From IMG/VR virus record IMGVR_UViG_3300032038_000027, positions 32,001-96,000 of that record: 64,000 bases of DNA. One strand, given 5' to 3'. The notes beneath the pieces were generated by a model that was not told the DNA's origin, ran no database searches, and saw only the letters and a program-made list of their open reading frames with translations. Numbering within the stretch: position 1 is the first letter of the stretch; each line of letters starts with the position of its first letter. Positions 1 through 9,909 of the stretch are shown here, piece after piece. The position numbers were made by a program, and so were the translations under genes. This stretch comes from a virus (Duplodnaviria; Caudoviricetes).

Positions 1-2
1 AA

Positions 3-3000
3 TTAAGAAACATGAATAATACCGGCAATCGTTCGCGCAGTACGCTCAATAGTATTGCGGATGGTTTCAGAAATGTTGATATGCAAGCAGGAGCAGCAGG
101 GCTTAAAACCCAGACATTTATGGATAAGCTGCGCACATCGTTTGGTACTGTATCGAGATATATTAGTGCGTCTACGGTGTTATATGCAGTTTTTCGCTCC
201 ATAAGAAATGGCATTTCGAATGTAGTGGAATTAGATACAGCTTTAGTTGATCTAAAGAAAACTACGGATGCTACAGAAAGTCAGTTAGAGAGTTTTTATT
301 ATTCTTCTAATGATATAGCAAAACAATTAGGCGTAACGACTAAGGAAGTCATAAGCGCCGCCGCCGAATGGTCGCGTTTAGGATTAACAAGAATAGTCCC
401 CCTATATGGTGACATATAGGTAAACTTCCTGCTCAAATCGGTGAAACTCCTGAGAAGGACAATACCGAGGGTAAGATTAAAATACTATCAGAAAATTATA
501 AGTAAAGGTGGTGAATAAATGAAAAGAAAAGATTATACAAACCAAAGATTTGGAAGATTAACAGTAGTTGAAATGTTGTATGGTTATAGAAACAAACAAA
601 CATACGCAAGATGTATATGTGATTGTGGTCAAGAAACGATTGCTTATATAGGCAATATAGTAAAAGGTGCAACGGCATCTTGTGGGTGTTGGGAAGAACA
701 ATCAAGGTATAATAGAAAAAATCACGAAAAAGACATTTGCGGAAAAAGATTTGGTCATTTATTGGTTATAAAGAAAACAGATAAAAGATATTTAAATAAA
801 AGTGTTGGGTGGCTATGCAAATGTGATTGTGGGAATGAAATTATTGTTCGTTCTGGAAGTTTATTAAGAGGAAAAACACGTTCTTGTGGTTGTAATAGAA
901 GAAGTAAATATGAAGAATTTGTTGAAGCATATTTAAAATTGGCTAATATTGATTATGATTGCGAACATAGATTTCCAGATTGCAAAAATCATTTTATGCT
1001 TCCTTTTGACTTTTATTTACCAAATCACAATGGCAAGAATTATTGTATAGAGGTGCAAGGGCAACATCACTACGAGCCAATTAAAGGATGGCGTGGAGAA
1101 GAAGGGTTTAGAGATATACAGCGTAATGATTCAATTAAAAGAGATTATTGCAAAAATAATAATATTATTTTAATTGAATTGCCATATACTCTCAAAGAAT
1201 CCGAAGTTATACATAAATTAGATAGTATTTTAAATCCCGTAACGATCACAGCAGCATAAGTAATTATGTTGCGTATGCAGGACATCTTAAAAAGATGAAG
1301 GTATGATCTGCTCTGCAAATATAATCAATTAAATATGAAATTGCAGAGGTAGGCAGAAATGACCTACCCCTTTTCTTTATGAAAAGAGCAACAAAAGGAT
1401 TCGATCAAAGATGCGGAAACTATGGCTAAAACGTCGTCAATATTCTCGTCTATTTCTCCGGGCTTAGATATTGAACAGGCGACAGACGGGCTTGTTTCGG
1501 CTATGAAGGCAAATCTAAATGCCTTGTTGTATAGAAATATGCAACTTGTTTACATTTAACGGCAGGTAAAACCTAAAGCCTTGCACCACAATAATCGGAA
1601 AACCAGATTATGACGGTACGAAAGTAGAAAAAACGCAAGGATGGCATAAGGTCAAAAGCCTAAGTGTTTATACAATGGTAGTTCATGCCGCCAAGCACCC
1701 TAACGTTATACATAGATCATATGTTATTAGTCGAGGGTGAAGGTTCAACGACTATTCCGATAATGGTCGTAGGCTTTGTTAATAAGGGTGGAAATCCCGA
1801 ATATCTACGACAATAGAAGTACGGCGCAATCGCAAATGGCGTGGGTGAAATTCCCTTAAATGGAAAAGGTGTACTCTCATTTTTTGAGATGAAGAAATAG
1901 TCTATTCTCATGTGAAAGCATGAGTGAATTATTGTGATTATTATAATTCAGCCATATCTTGCGAATATGGTAAATAATAAGATTTGATATTGAAGCAAAT
2001 GATGCTTTGGATGGTATCGCCAGTAAGATAAATTCGATTGGCAACAGCCAAGCCGTCAGTAACGAAGATATTGTAGAATTTTTAACAAGATCATCGTCCG
2101 CTATGAAAGAAGCGAACAATAGTCTTGAAGAAACAATAGCGCTTGGCACGGCGGCGACAGAGATCACAAGGGACGCCGCATCCGTCGGACAAGCCCTGAA
2201 AACAGAACTTTGTTTTTGTGTATAGAAATATGCACATAGCACATATTTAATGGCAGGTAAAACCTAAAGCCTTACACCACAATAATCGAGAAATCAGATT
2301 ATGAAGGCACGAAAGTAGAAACAACGTAAGGATAGCGCAAGGTCAAAAGCCTAAACGCTGTTATAATGGTAGTTCTGCCGCGAAGCACCCTAACGTCAAA
2401 CATAGATCATATGTTATTAGTCGAGGGTGAACGTTCAACGACTATTCCGAATAGGGTTACAGACAAGAGAATAAGGGTGGAAATCCCGAATATCTGTAAC
2501 AAAAGAAGTACGGCGCAAATTTAGGCGTGGGTGAAAACCCCTTAAATGGAAAAGGTATGACTGCTATCTTTTAGATGTGGTTAAGAAATAGTCTACTCTC
2601 ATGCGAAAGTATGAGTATCAAGGAATTTCAATGCGTATTAGAGGTAAAATCATCGTTGCCTCCATATTCAGTAATGAATATGCGGTGTACGCTTAAACAC
2701 TGATGATAACTATATCGGTTAAAAGACGGAAGCGTTTTAGACCGAGGGAAGGTTGCGCGTTTACATCGGAAAGGATGTAAATGAAACATAGAAAATATAC
2801 ATTTGAAAGTATTAGCCAAATTCTTAAAGAATATGGCTTTATTTTATTGGATTTTATCTCAACAACAGAATTAATATCAAAAGATAAAGAAGGATATATG
2901 TATAAACTCAATTTGGTCAATTTAAAAAATGGTAAAAAGCCCAATAAATATATGTTAAATCCTTTTGCTTTGGATAATTTTAAACTTTATTTACAAAATA

Positions 3001-6000
3001 ATTATCCACATTATCATTTGTTAGATGATAAATATATTAATAGTAAAACTAAAATGAAATTTATTTGTGATTTACATATAGAAAAAGGCATACAAGAAAA
3101 CTACGTTAGTAACATTGTGCATAATCATCATGCTTGTTTATATTGCGGTTGTAAAGAATTATGGGATAAGAAAAGAACAACGATAGAGCAAATGCAAAAT
3201 GAATGTAGTAGAGTAGGAGTAGAATTTGTTGAAAGAACTTCAAAGAATAATGAATGTTGGGTTAATTATATTTGCCCAAATCATAGAGAAGTTGGCGTTC
3301 AATCTACTTCATGGACACATTTTAAAGAAATTCGTAATGGATGTCCTTTATGCAATAAAATAAGCAAAGGTGAAGATGAAATTTATTTATATTTATCAGA
3401 AAGAGAAATTGATTTTATAAAAGAATATCGGTTTGATGATTGTAAATATAAACGAAGATTACCTTTTGATTATTATTTGCCGCAATATAATATGGTTATT
3501 GAGTACAATGGCAAACAACATTATGAACCCGTAAAGATTTTTGGCGGTAAAGAAAATTACGAAAAAACAGTGTTAAGAGATAAAATAAAACAAGATTACT
3601 GTAAAGATAACAATATTAAAATGATAATAATTCCATATTGGGAGTATAAGAATATAAAAACCATTTTAGATAATGAAATTGGATGTAAAGCGCAAAACCC
3701 GTAACGACTGCGGGAGGTGTTTGGTAACAAACATCTTGAAGTTATCCCCCATTATTAATGGGTGAATATACAGTCTGGACTCACGCAATAACTTAATTAT
3801 GAAACGTGAGAGTAAGGTTTAACGACCTTGCCGCCATTATTTAATGGTCAGTAGCCTATCGGTTGGTGAAAGTAACAGAATCGTATGATGAAGAAACCGA
3901 ACAATTCACTGGTGATGTGGAAATTCTTTCGGGTAAAATCGCTGATTTAACGAAAACGGCTGATAATCCGGGCGGCGTTTCATTATTCACTGATGATTCA
4001 AAAGAAACGTTTAAATCAACAACGCAATTACTCAGAGATATTTCTGAGATTTATGATGAACTTACAGATAAGCAACAAGCCGAATTATTAGAGAAACTTG
4101 CCTCTAAAAGGCAGGGACAGATAGTTGCGGCAATCCTCAACAATTTTGATGCCGTAGAATCCTCACTTAAAACGATGGAAAATTCAGCGGGTAATGCCGA
4201 AGCTGAAATGTCGGTTATTATGGATTCTATGGAATATAAGATCAATAAATTAAAAGAAACAGGCACAGGTGTATTTCAAAATTTATTTAAAACTGAAGAT
4301 ATGGGAAATATCGTCGAGTTATTAACCGATGTATTGAATGTAGTGGATTTCTTAACTAATAAGGTTGGCTTATTAGGAACTGCTATGATTGCCGTTCCCA
4401 TAGTTTCTTTTATTAAAAATTTTGGAGAATTAAAACTTTTAGGTATACAAGGTTCAACAAGCATAACTGCCGTTTCTGCTGCAATTAAAGGTTTGACCAT
4501 AGATGAAGCGGCGGCGGCATTAGCTACTACTAATTTATCTGAGGCTGAAATAGCCGCTGTTCTTGTAAAGAACGGATTTACAAGTGCTACGGCATTAGAA
4601 ACAGCTGCAAATATAGTTGATGCAAGAACGAAAGAAGCAGCGGCGGCATCAACTATGGGTTTAGCGGGTGCTGAAACTACTGCTACTGCTACTACTTCTG
4701 GTTTGGCGGGTGCAACAGGAGGACTAACAGCTGCATTTAATGGTTTGAAAGCAGCGATTGTAAGTAACCCCATTGGATTCATAGCTACTGTTGCTGTTGC
4801 AGCATTTGTGACTATTAATACTATAATCAATAGTATTGAAAGTGCTTCTGAAAAACTTGAAAATAGTTCTGAAAAAGTTGCTGATGCAAAAAGTGAATTA
4901 GATGGATTAAATTCAGAATTATCTACGACTCAAAAAAGAATTATAGAATTAAATCAATTAGATTCACTTACACTTGTGCAAAAAAATGAACTGCGCGATT
5001 TAAAGAAAACTAATGCAGAGCTAAAACAAAAAATAGCTTTGCAAAAGCAATTACTATTAACTGAGCAAAAGGCGAATGAAGATAATTTTGTAAAAGCAGT
5101 AAATTCAAAAACTAATTCTTCTGAAAATTCAGAAAATTTCAAATGGTATTATCCTTTATTGCAAAATATACCACTGGTTAGTTTGTTTAATGAAGATGTT
5201 CGAAAATGGAAATATTCAGATCATACAAATAATCAACAGAGATTTGATAATTATGTAGAAAATTATTCTAAAGCAGATGATGATAAACTCACAAAAGATG
5301 TTTTTGGCAATACTATTGAAAGTAAAAAAGCCATGAGCGAATTTATGGGTAAATATATTCAAGAATTATCTGACTATGTAGAACAATTAGGCGATTATGA
5401 TTATAAGTCATTATCTGATGAAGCGAAAAAATCAGTAGACCTTTATTATGATAATTTAAATAAATTTAGTGTAATAATGGGCGAATACTCTGATGCTTGG
5501 AATGGTGTTTATAATCAACAGAGATTTGATTCGGCTCGCGAAAAAATAGAAGAAGTATCTAAAGATGGCTTAACAGGCGATGAACTTTCCGATTTATATA
5601 ATAATAATTCCGATGTAAAAGCTATGATAGACAACATGAAGGAAGTCGGTTTAATTAGCGGAAATGTTGAGGATAATTTTGCGGGAATTGCTTTAAATAT
5701 TTCAAAAGCTGATAAAAATATTGATTCTTTTTCTAATAATGAAAAGATTAGTTTTTCTGATTTAATGAAAAATGAATCTTTTACAGATCAGGTAGATGAT
5801 TATAAAGATAAACTCACTGAACTTGACGAAGCATTAGAAAAACTGCGTGACGGTACTTTAAGCGAAGAAGATAAAACTGATTTATTTATGGATTTCCCTG
5901 AATTGGCAGGGCAAGCTGATAATCTTGATGAAGCAATTACTAATTTAATAAGCGATACTGAAAATAATGCTATTGATTATTTCGACAAAAAGGTAGGAAA

Positions 6001-8962
6001 TATGGATACGGAAGAATCCGTAAATGCCTTAAATAATCTCAAAAATAGCATTTTGGGTCTATCAAACGCCACGGGACATAGTTCTGAGGTTGAAGAATAT
6101 CGCGATATTTTAAATCATTTAGAAACTAAGGAATCTTGTGATAATATTGATGAACTTACCGAAAAAATGAAATCATATGCTGACGAGTATAATAGACTTG
6201 TTGGTTATGGTAAAAAAGGTAATGTTGATTATAATAAAAGACCTGTTGTTTCAAAAGATGATGTAAAGGAGAAATATCCTGATTTTGATGGTGATTATGC
6301 TACTACATACGATCAAGGTTATGAAATTACGGATTCGAGCGGCAAGAATTATGCGGTTGTCGTAACACCCATTTTAGAAAATGGTAAAATTTTATCTCAG
6401 GAAGAATTAGATAAATATATTGATGATGTTTTAGAAGGTTCGGACGATGTATTAGAGGCAGATACTAAAAATCTAATAATTCATGCGGAGGCTGAAGGTG
6501 AAGGAGATTATTGGATTAAAAACGATGATGGCAGTCTTGAATTTGATTTTGAAAGTTTTAACGAGCAGTTAATTCCTGCAAAAGAGGGACATTTAGAAGC
6601 CTATCTTGATATTAATACCAATATGGACGATCTTATTCCTTATGCGGATAAATTAGGAATCTCTGTTGAACAGTTGAAATCAATAGGTGATATTCCCGCC
6701 GATCTATTTGCATCTGCTGATGAAGTAACCGATAAAATATCAAAACTCACATCGGAAATAGATGGTTTATCTGACACATATTCTGATATGATATCTATTA
6801 TAGAAGATTATAATGATAATGGTTATCTTACTCTTGATAATTTACAATCTATAATGGATATGGAACCGGAATATATTAATTTACTTATTGATGAAAATGG
6901 GCAAATTAATCTTAATAGTCAAGCATATAAGGACTATGTAGCATCTAAAGCAAAATCATTATTGGTTAATGAACTGCAAGATTTATATAATTCTATTCTT
7001 GGTATGCAAGTGGAAGAGGCACAGGCTTATGCGAACGCACAAGCATATGATGAAGAAACAGAAAGTGTGCAAAGTCTGCTTAATGCTACCACTAAATTAT
7101 ATTATGCCAAAGCTATGGCGAAAGATTCCGCTAATAATACTACTGCTTATACGGATGCTTTATCTCAGTCATTTAATACGGCGGCGAATTATGCTGCTAT
7201 GGTAGATAGTTATATTAGTAGTTTATCTACGCCTTTAAATGAATTTGATGTTGCCACAGAAGAAGCTACCGATTCTACTGACGAAATGACCTCGGCATTA
7301 GAAGCGGAAAAAGATGCTCTCGAATCCCAAAAAGATGCTTTGGAGGATAGTAAAGATTCTTTAGAGGATTATAAAGATTCAATAACTGATGCACAATCTG
7401 ATATTCAAAGTTTAATTGATCTTGTAACCGATTATATTAAGCAAACTAAAGAGGATGAAAAATCTGCTATACAAGACAGCATTGATGCTTTAGAAGATAA
7501 GAAAACTTCGTTGGATGAACAGAAAGATGCTTATTCTGAACTGATTGATAAACGCAAGGAAGAAATTGAGGCTTTATATGAAGAAAAGAAAGCCCAAGAT
7601 GAATTATCAGAAAAGCAAAAATCTGTCGCCAAAGATGCACTTGCATTAGCTGTTGCACAACTTGATGATAGTTCAGCCGGAAGAAAAGCGCAAAAGCAAG
7701 CACAAGATAATTTAAATACCAGTAATAAAGACCTAAAAGATTATCTTGATGAACAAGAAAAAGATAAACGTATTGAGGCTCTCGAAAACGATGAAACTGA
7801 ATACGAAGAAATGATTGAGAAACGTAAAGCTGCTATTGATGAACAAGTTGAATATTACGAATCTAAGATTGATGAAATAGACGCTTATCTTGATAATTCT
7901 CGTCAAATGTATGAAGATGCTTGCGCTATGATTGATAATGATACGGGCGAATTATATAGTAAATTATGGAATGAATATGTATATCCATATACTACACAAA
8001 CTCGCGCGGAATTCGATCATTTGTGGAGTAGCGCACAAGAAGCAATTCAAAAATACATTGGGGACAATGGAACATTAATTGGTACTATGGAATGGCTGCA
8101 AACTGAGATTTATACTACAGAATCGCAGATCGCAGAACTTGATAGCCAAATTGGAATTTTGGATGATTCGATAGATGATATTGATGAATCTATTAATAGC
8201 GTCAGTAGTTCAGTAGATACACAAAAAGATAAAGTAGGCGAACTTGGTAAGTCGTGGTCAAGTGCTACTTCCGATGTATCTAAATATATTGATGAATTAA
8301 ATAAGATACCAGATAGTGTTCCTGCTGTTAACAATACATCAAATCAAAATGATATTGAGATACCTTCGGATGCAAAATGGTATTTTGATTATTATAAAAA
8401 CGGGAAATTACATCGAGCTTGGTCTAAATCGAGAGATTATAATGTTGCCGTACAAGATATTATGAGGGAAATCCAAAAAGAAACTGGACAATACCGATCA
8501 GATGTATATGGTGGCATAAAGAAACGATATGCAGTAGGAACGTATAGCTCTATTGGCGGCGTTGCTGTAACGCAAGAGAATAATCGACTCGAAGAAATTT
8601 TCGGTAAATTACAAAATGGTCAATACACTATGATGTCTGAGGGTTCTCATGTATTAACACCACAGGCGACTACTAATTTACATAAATTCGCAGATAATCC
8701 CCCTGAATTTGTCGCACAGGCATTAAGTTATAGCGGATATTTGGGTAGAATTGAAAATGCGGCAAGAAACGTTGTAAGAAACATTGATAATCGTTCAATG
8801 GGCAATACTGAGATTTCTGCGCCGATTCAAATAAGTATTCAAGGTGATGCTACTCAATCAACCGTTAATGCTTTAAGAGCGGAATCAAAGAATATTGAGG
8901 AATCTATCATTAAAAAATTAGTAAGGATTAGAGAAGGAAAAAGAGGAATTATGATTAAATAA
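3..8962 (+). CDS. Phage tail tape measure protein, 5'-partial, split by four group I introns: join(<3..384,1399..1510,1982..2203,2624..2645,3884..8962)
   Basis: Manual splicing restores a continuous TMP core: EWSRLG-Y-SIKDAETMAK...LVSAMK-A-FDIEANDALDG...GQALK-T-ISMRIRG-YDEETEQF. Exon phases add up. A long Ala-rich/coiled-coil C-terminal exon precedes Dit. Confidence 0.92.
385..1398 (+). ncRNA. Group I intron 1 of tape measure gene (HEG-containing)
   Basis: Exon ends in U384 and intron ends in G1398. P4 tcggt/accga; P7 gatca/tgatc; 13-bp P6 extension 477-489/1221-1233 around the HEG. Confidence 0.88.
519..1259 (+). CDS. Intron-encoded homing endonuclease (Cys-rich DNA-binding repeats plus Vsr/PD-(D/E)XK-like nuclease)
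   Basis: Two RFGxL..CxCDCG..SCGC repeats; C-terminal LPFDFYLP..IEVQGQHHY; lies inside intron 1. Confidence 0.8.
   Translation: MKRKDYTNQRFGRLTVVEMLYGYRNKQTYARCICDCGQETIAYIGNIVKGATASCGCWEEQSRYNRKNHEKDICGKRFGHLLVIKKTDKRYLNKSVGWLCKCDCGNEIIVRSGSLLRGKTRSCGCNRRSKYEEFVEAYLKLANIDYDCEHRFPDCKNHFMLPFDFYLPNHNGKNYCIEVQGQHHYEPIKGWRGEEGFRDIQRNDSIKRDYCKNNNIILIELPYTLKESEVIHKLDSILNPVTITAA
1511..1981 (+). ncRNA. Group I intron 2 of tape measure gene (ORF-less, 471 nt)
   Basis: P1 aaggc/gcctt; P7 elements caacgactatt / aagaaatagtct; ends in G1981; removal restores AMK-A-FDIE. Confidence 0.85.
2204..2623 (+). ncRNA. Group I intron 3 of tape measure gene (ORF-less, 420 nt, paralog of intron 2)
   Basis: P1 aaaac/gtttt; caacgactatt / aagaaatagtct; ends in G2623; removal restores ALK-T-ISMRIRG; long identical blocks shared with intron 2. 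Confidence 0.85.
2646..3883 (+). ncRNA. Group I intron 4 of tape measure gene (HEG-containing)
   Basis: P1 gaggU/Gcctc with U.G pair; P7 gactg/cagtc; ends in G3883; removal gives ISMRIRG-YDEETE. Confidence 0.88.
2781..3704 (+). CDS. Intron-encoded homing endonuclease (CxxH/CxxC repeats plus Vsr/PD-(D/E)XK-like nuclease)
   Basis: SKGEDEI...RLPFDYYLP..VIEYNGKQHY...D..K..YC; lies inside intron 4. Confidence 0.8.
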   Translation: MKHRKYTFESISQILKEYGFILLDFISTTELISKDKEGYMYKLNLVNLKNGKKPNKYMLNPFALDNFKLYLQNNYPHYHLLDDKYINSKTKMKFICDLHIEKGIQENYVSNIVHNHHACLYCGCKELWDKKRTTIEQMQNECSRVGVEFVERTSKNNECWVNYICPNHREVGVQSTSWTHFKEIRNGCPLCNKISKGEDEIYLYLSEREIDFIKEYRFDDCKYKRRLPFDYYLPQYNMVIEYNGKQHYEPVKIFGGKENYEKTVLRDKIKQDYCKDNNIKMIIIPYWEYKNIKTILDNEIGCKAQNP

Positions 8963-8963
8963 T

Positions 8964-8988
8964 ATACCCGCCCATTTAGGGCGGGTAT
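8964..8988 (+). terminator. GC-rich hairpin after the TMP stop (terminator or processing stem)
   Basis: atacccgccc-attta-gggcgggtat perfect 10-bp stem; the U-tract is weak. Confidence 0.55.
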
Positions 8989-9009
8989 TAATATTTTGGA
9001 GGTGATATT

Positions 9010-9909
9010 TTGTTTAGAGATTGTTATTTTGACTATAATGGAATATCGTCAGAAAAATATAATCTAAAAATGTATTATATAGAAAATGATAATATGAAAT
9101 TTAATAGCGGGGGCGAATTTGAATTAAAAACAGATAGTATTCCTTATTCGTATGAGAAACTTTATTATGGAAAAGATTATTCAGCAGCACCATTAGAGTT
9201 TGATATTGAAATAATTAATCCTGACGAGAATATAACAAGACAAAAGATGGCAGAAATAAAAAATTGGTTGTTTGACCAAGATGGTTGGAAAATTTTTAAA
9301 GTATTAGATGACACACAAGATGTATCATTAAAATGTATTTTGACTCCGATTGAAGATATTACAAATTCTCGAGGATATATAGGTCTGAGATGTCATGTGA
9401 ATAATGTGAGTCCTTTTTGGTATTCAAATAGTCGAAAAATTATTTTAACTAAAGAAAGTGGAAAATCTTGTTTTGGAACACTCATTAATATGAGTGGAAT
9501 AATTATTGATAGTTTTAATGTAAATATTCCTAAAAATGATTATGCTAATTTTATAATTAAACCTAAAATGACAGTTGAGTTAGATAAAACTGTAAGCAAT
9601 CAATATCATAATAACAACACCACTTTTAGATTATGGTGTGCAGATAATGTATCTATTCATTCAGAATTAAGTTTTAATTATCCATATTTGTTGGCAAATC
9701 AAAAAGATGTTTTATCAATTAACACAAAATATATCACTATTAAATCTAATGATTTTCCATTACAAGATATAACTCCTTCGATTTCGGGAAACAATTATTC
9801 ATTTTTGAAATTGAAATATGGAAATAATAGCTTCCAATTATATGGCTATGAAAATTGTACAAAGATCACATTTGAATATACTCCTGTTTATAGAATGGGG
9901 GCGTTTTAA
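9010..9909 (+). CDS. Distal tail (Dit)-like protein
   Basis: Directly follows TMP; N-terminal FDYNGISS, I.NWL, and C-terminal LKYGNN pattern typical of Dit. Confidence 0.7.
   Translation: MFRDCYFDYNGISSEKYNLKMYYIENDNMKFNSGGEFELKTDSIPYSYEKLYYGKDYSAAPLEFDIEIINPDENITRQKMAEIKNWLFDQDGWKIFKVLDDTQDVSLKCILTPIEDITNSRGYIGLRCHVNNVSPFWYSNSRKIILTKESGKSCFGTLINMSGIIIDSFNVNIPKNDYANFIIKPKMTVELDKTVSNQYHNNNTTFRLWCADNVSIHSELSFNYPYLLANQKDVLSINTKYITIKSNDFPLQDITPSISGNNYSFLKLKYGNNSFQLYGYENCTKITFEYTPVYRMGAF

Noticed and set aside
1561-1690. Idea that introns 2/3 have a uniquely altered J4/5-J5/4 wobble receptor explaining the C-G splice site
   Set aside because: Intron 4, which has a canonical U.G, shows a similar taaa/tag junction, so there is no clean correlation by eye.
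12-3883. Frameshifts, pseudogenes or stop-codon recoding as the explanation for the split TMP (also nrdD, dnaE)
   Set aside because: The gaps contain group I core elements and splice to exact conserved motifs; other genes read normally in code 11.
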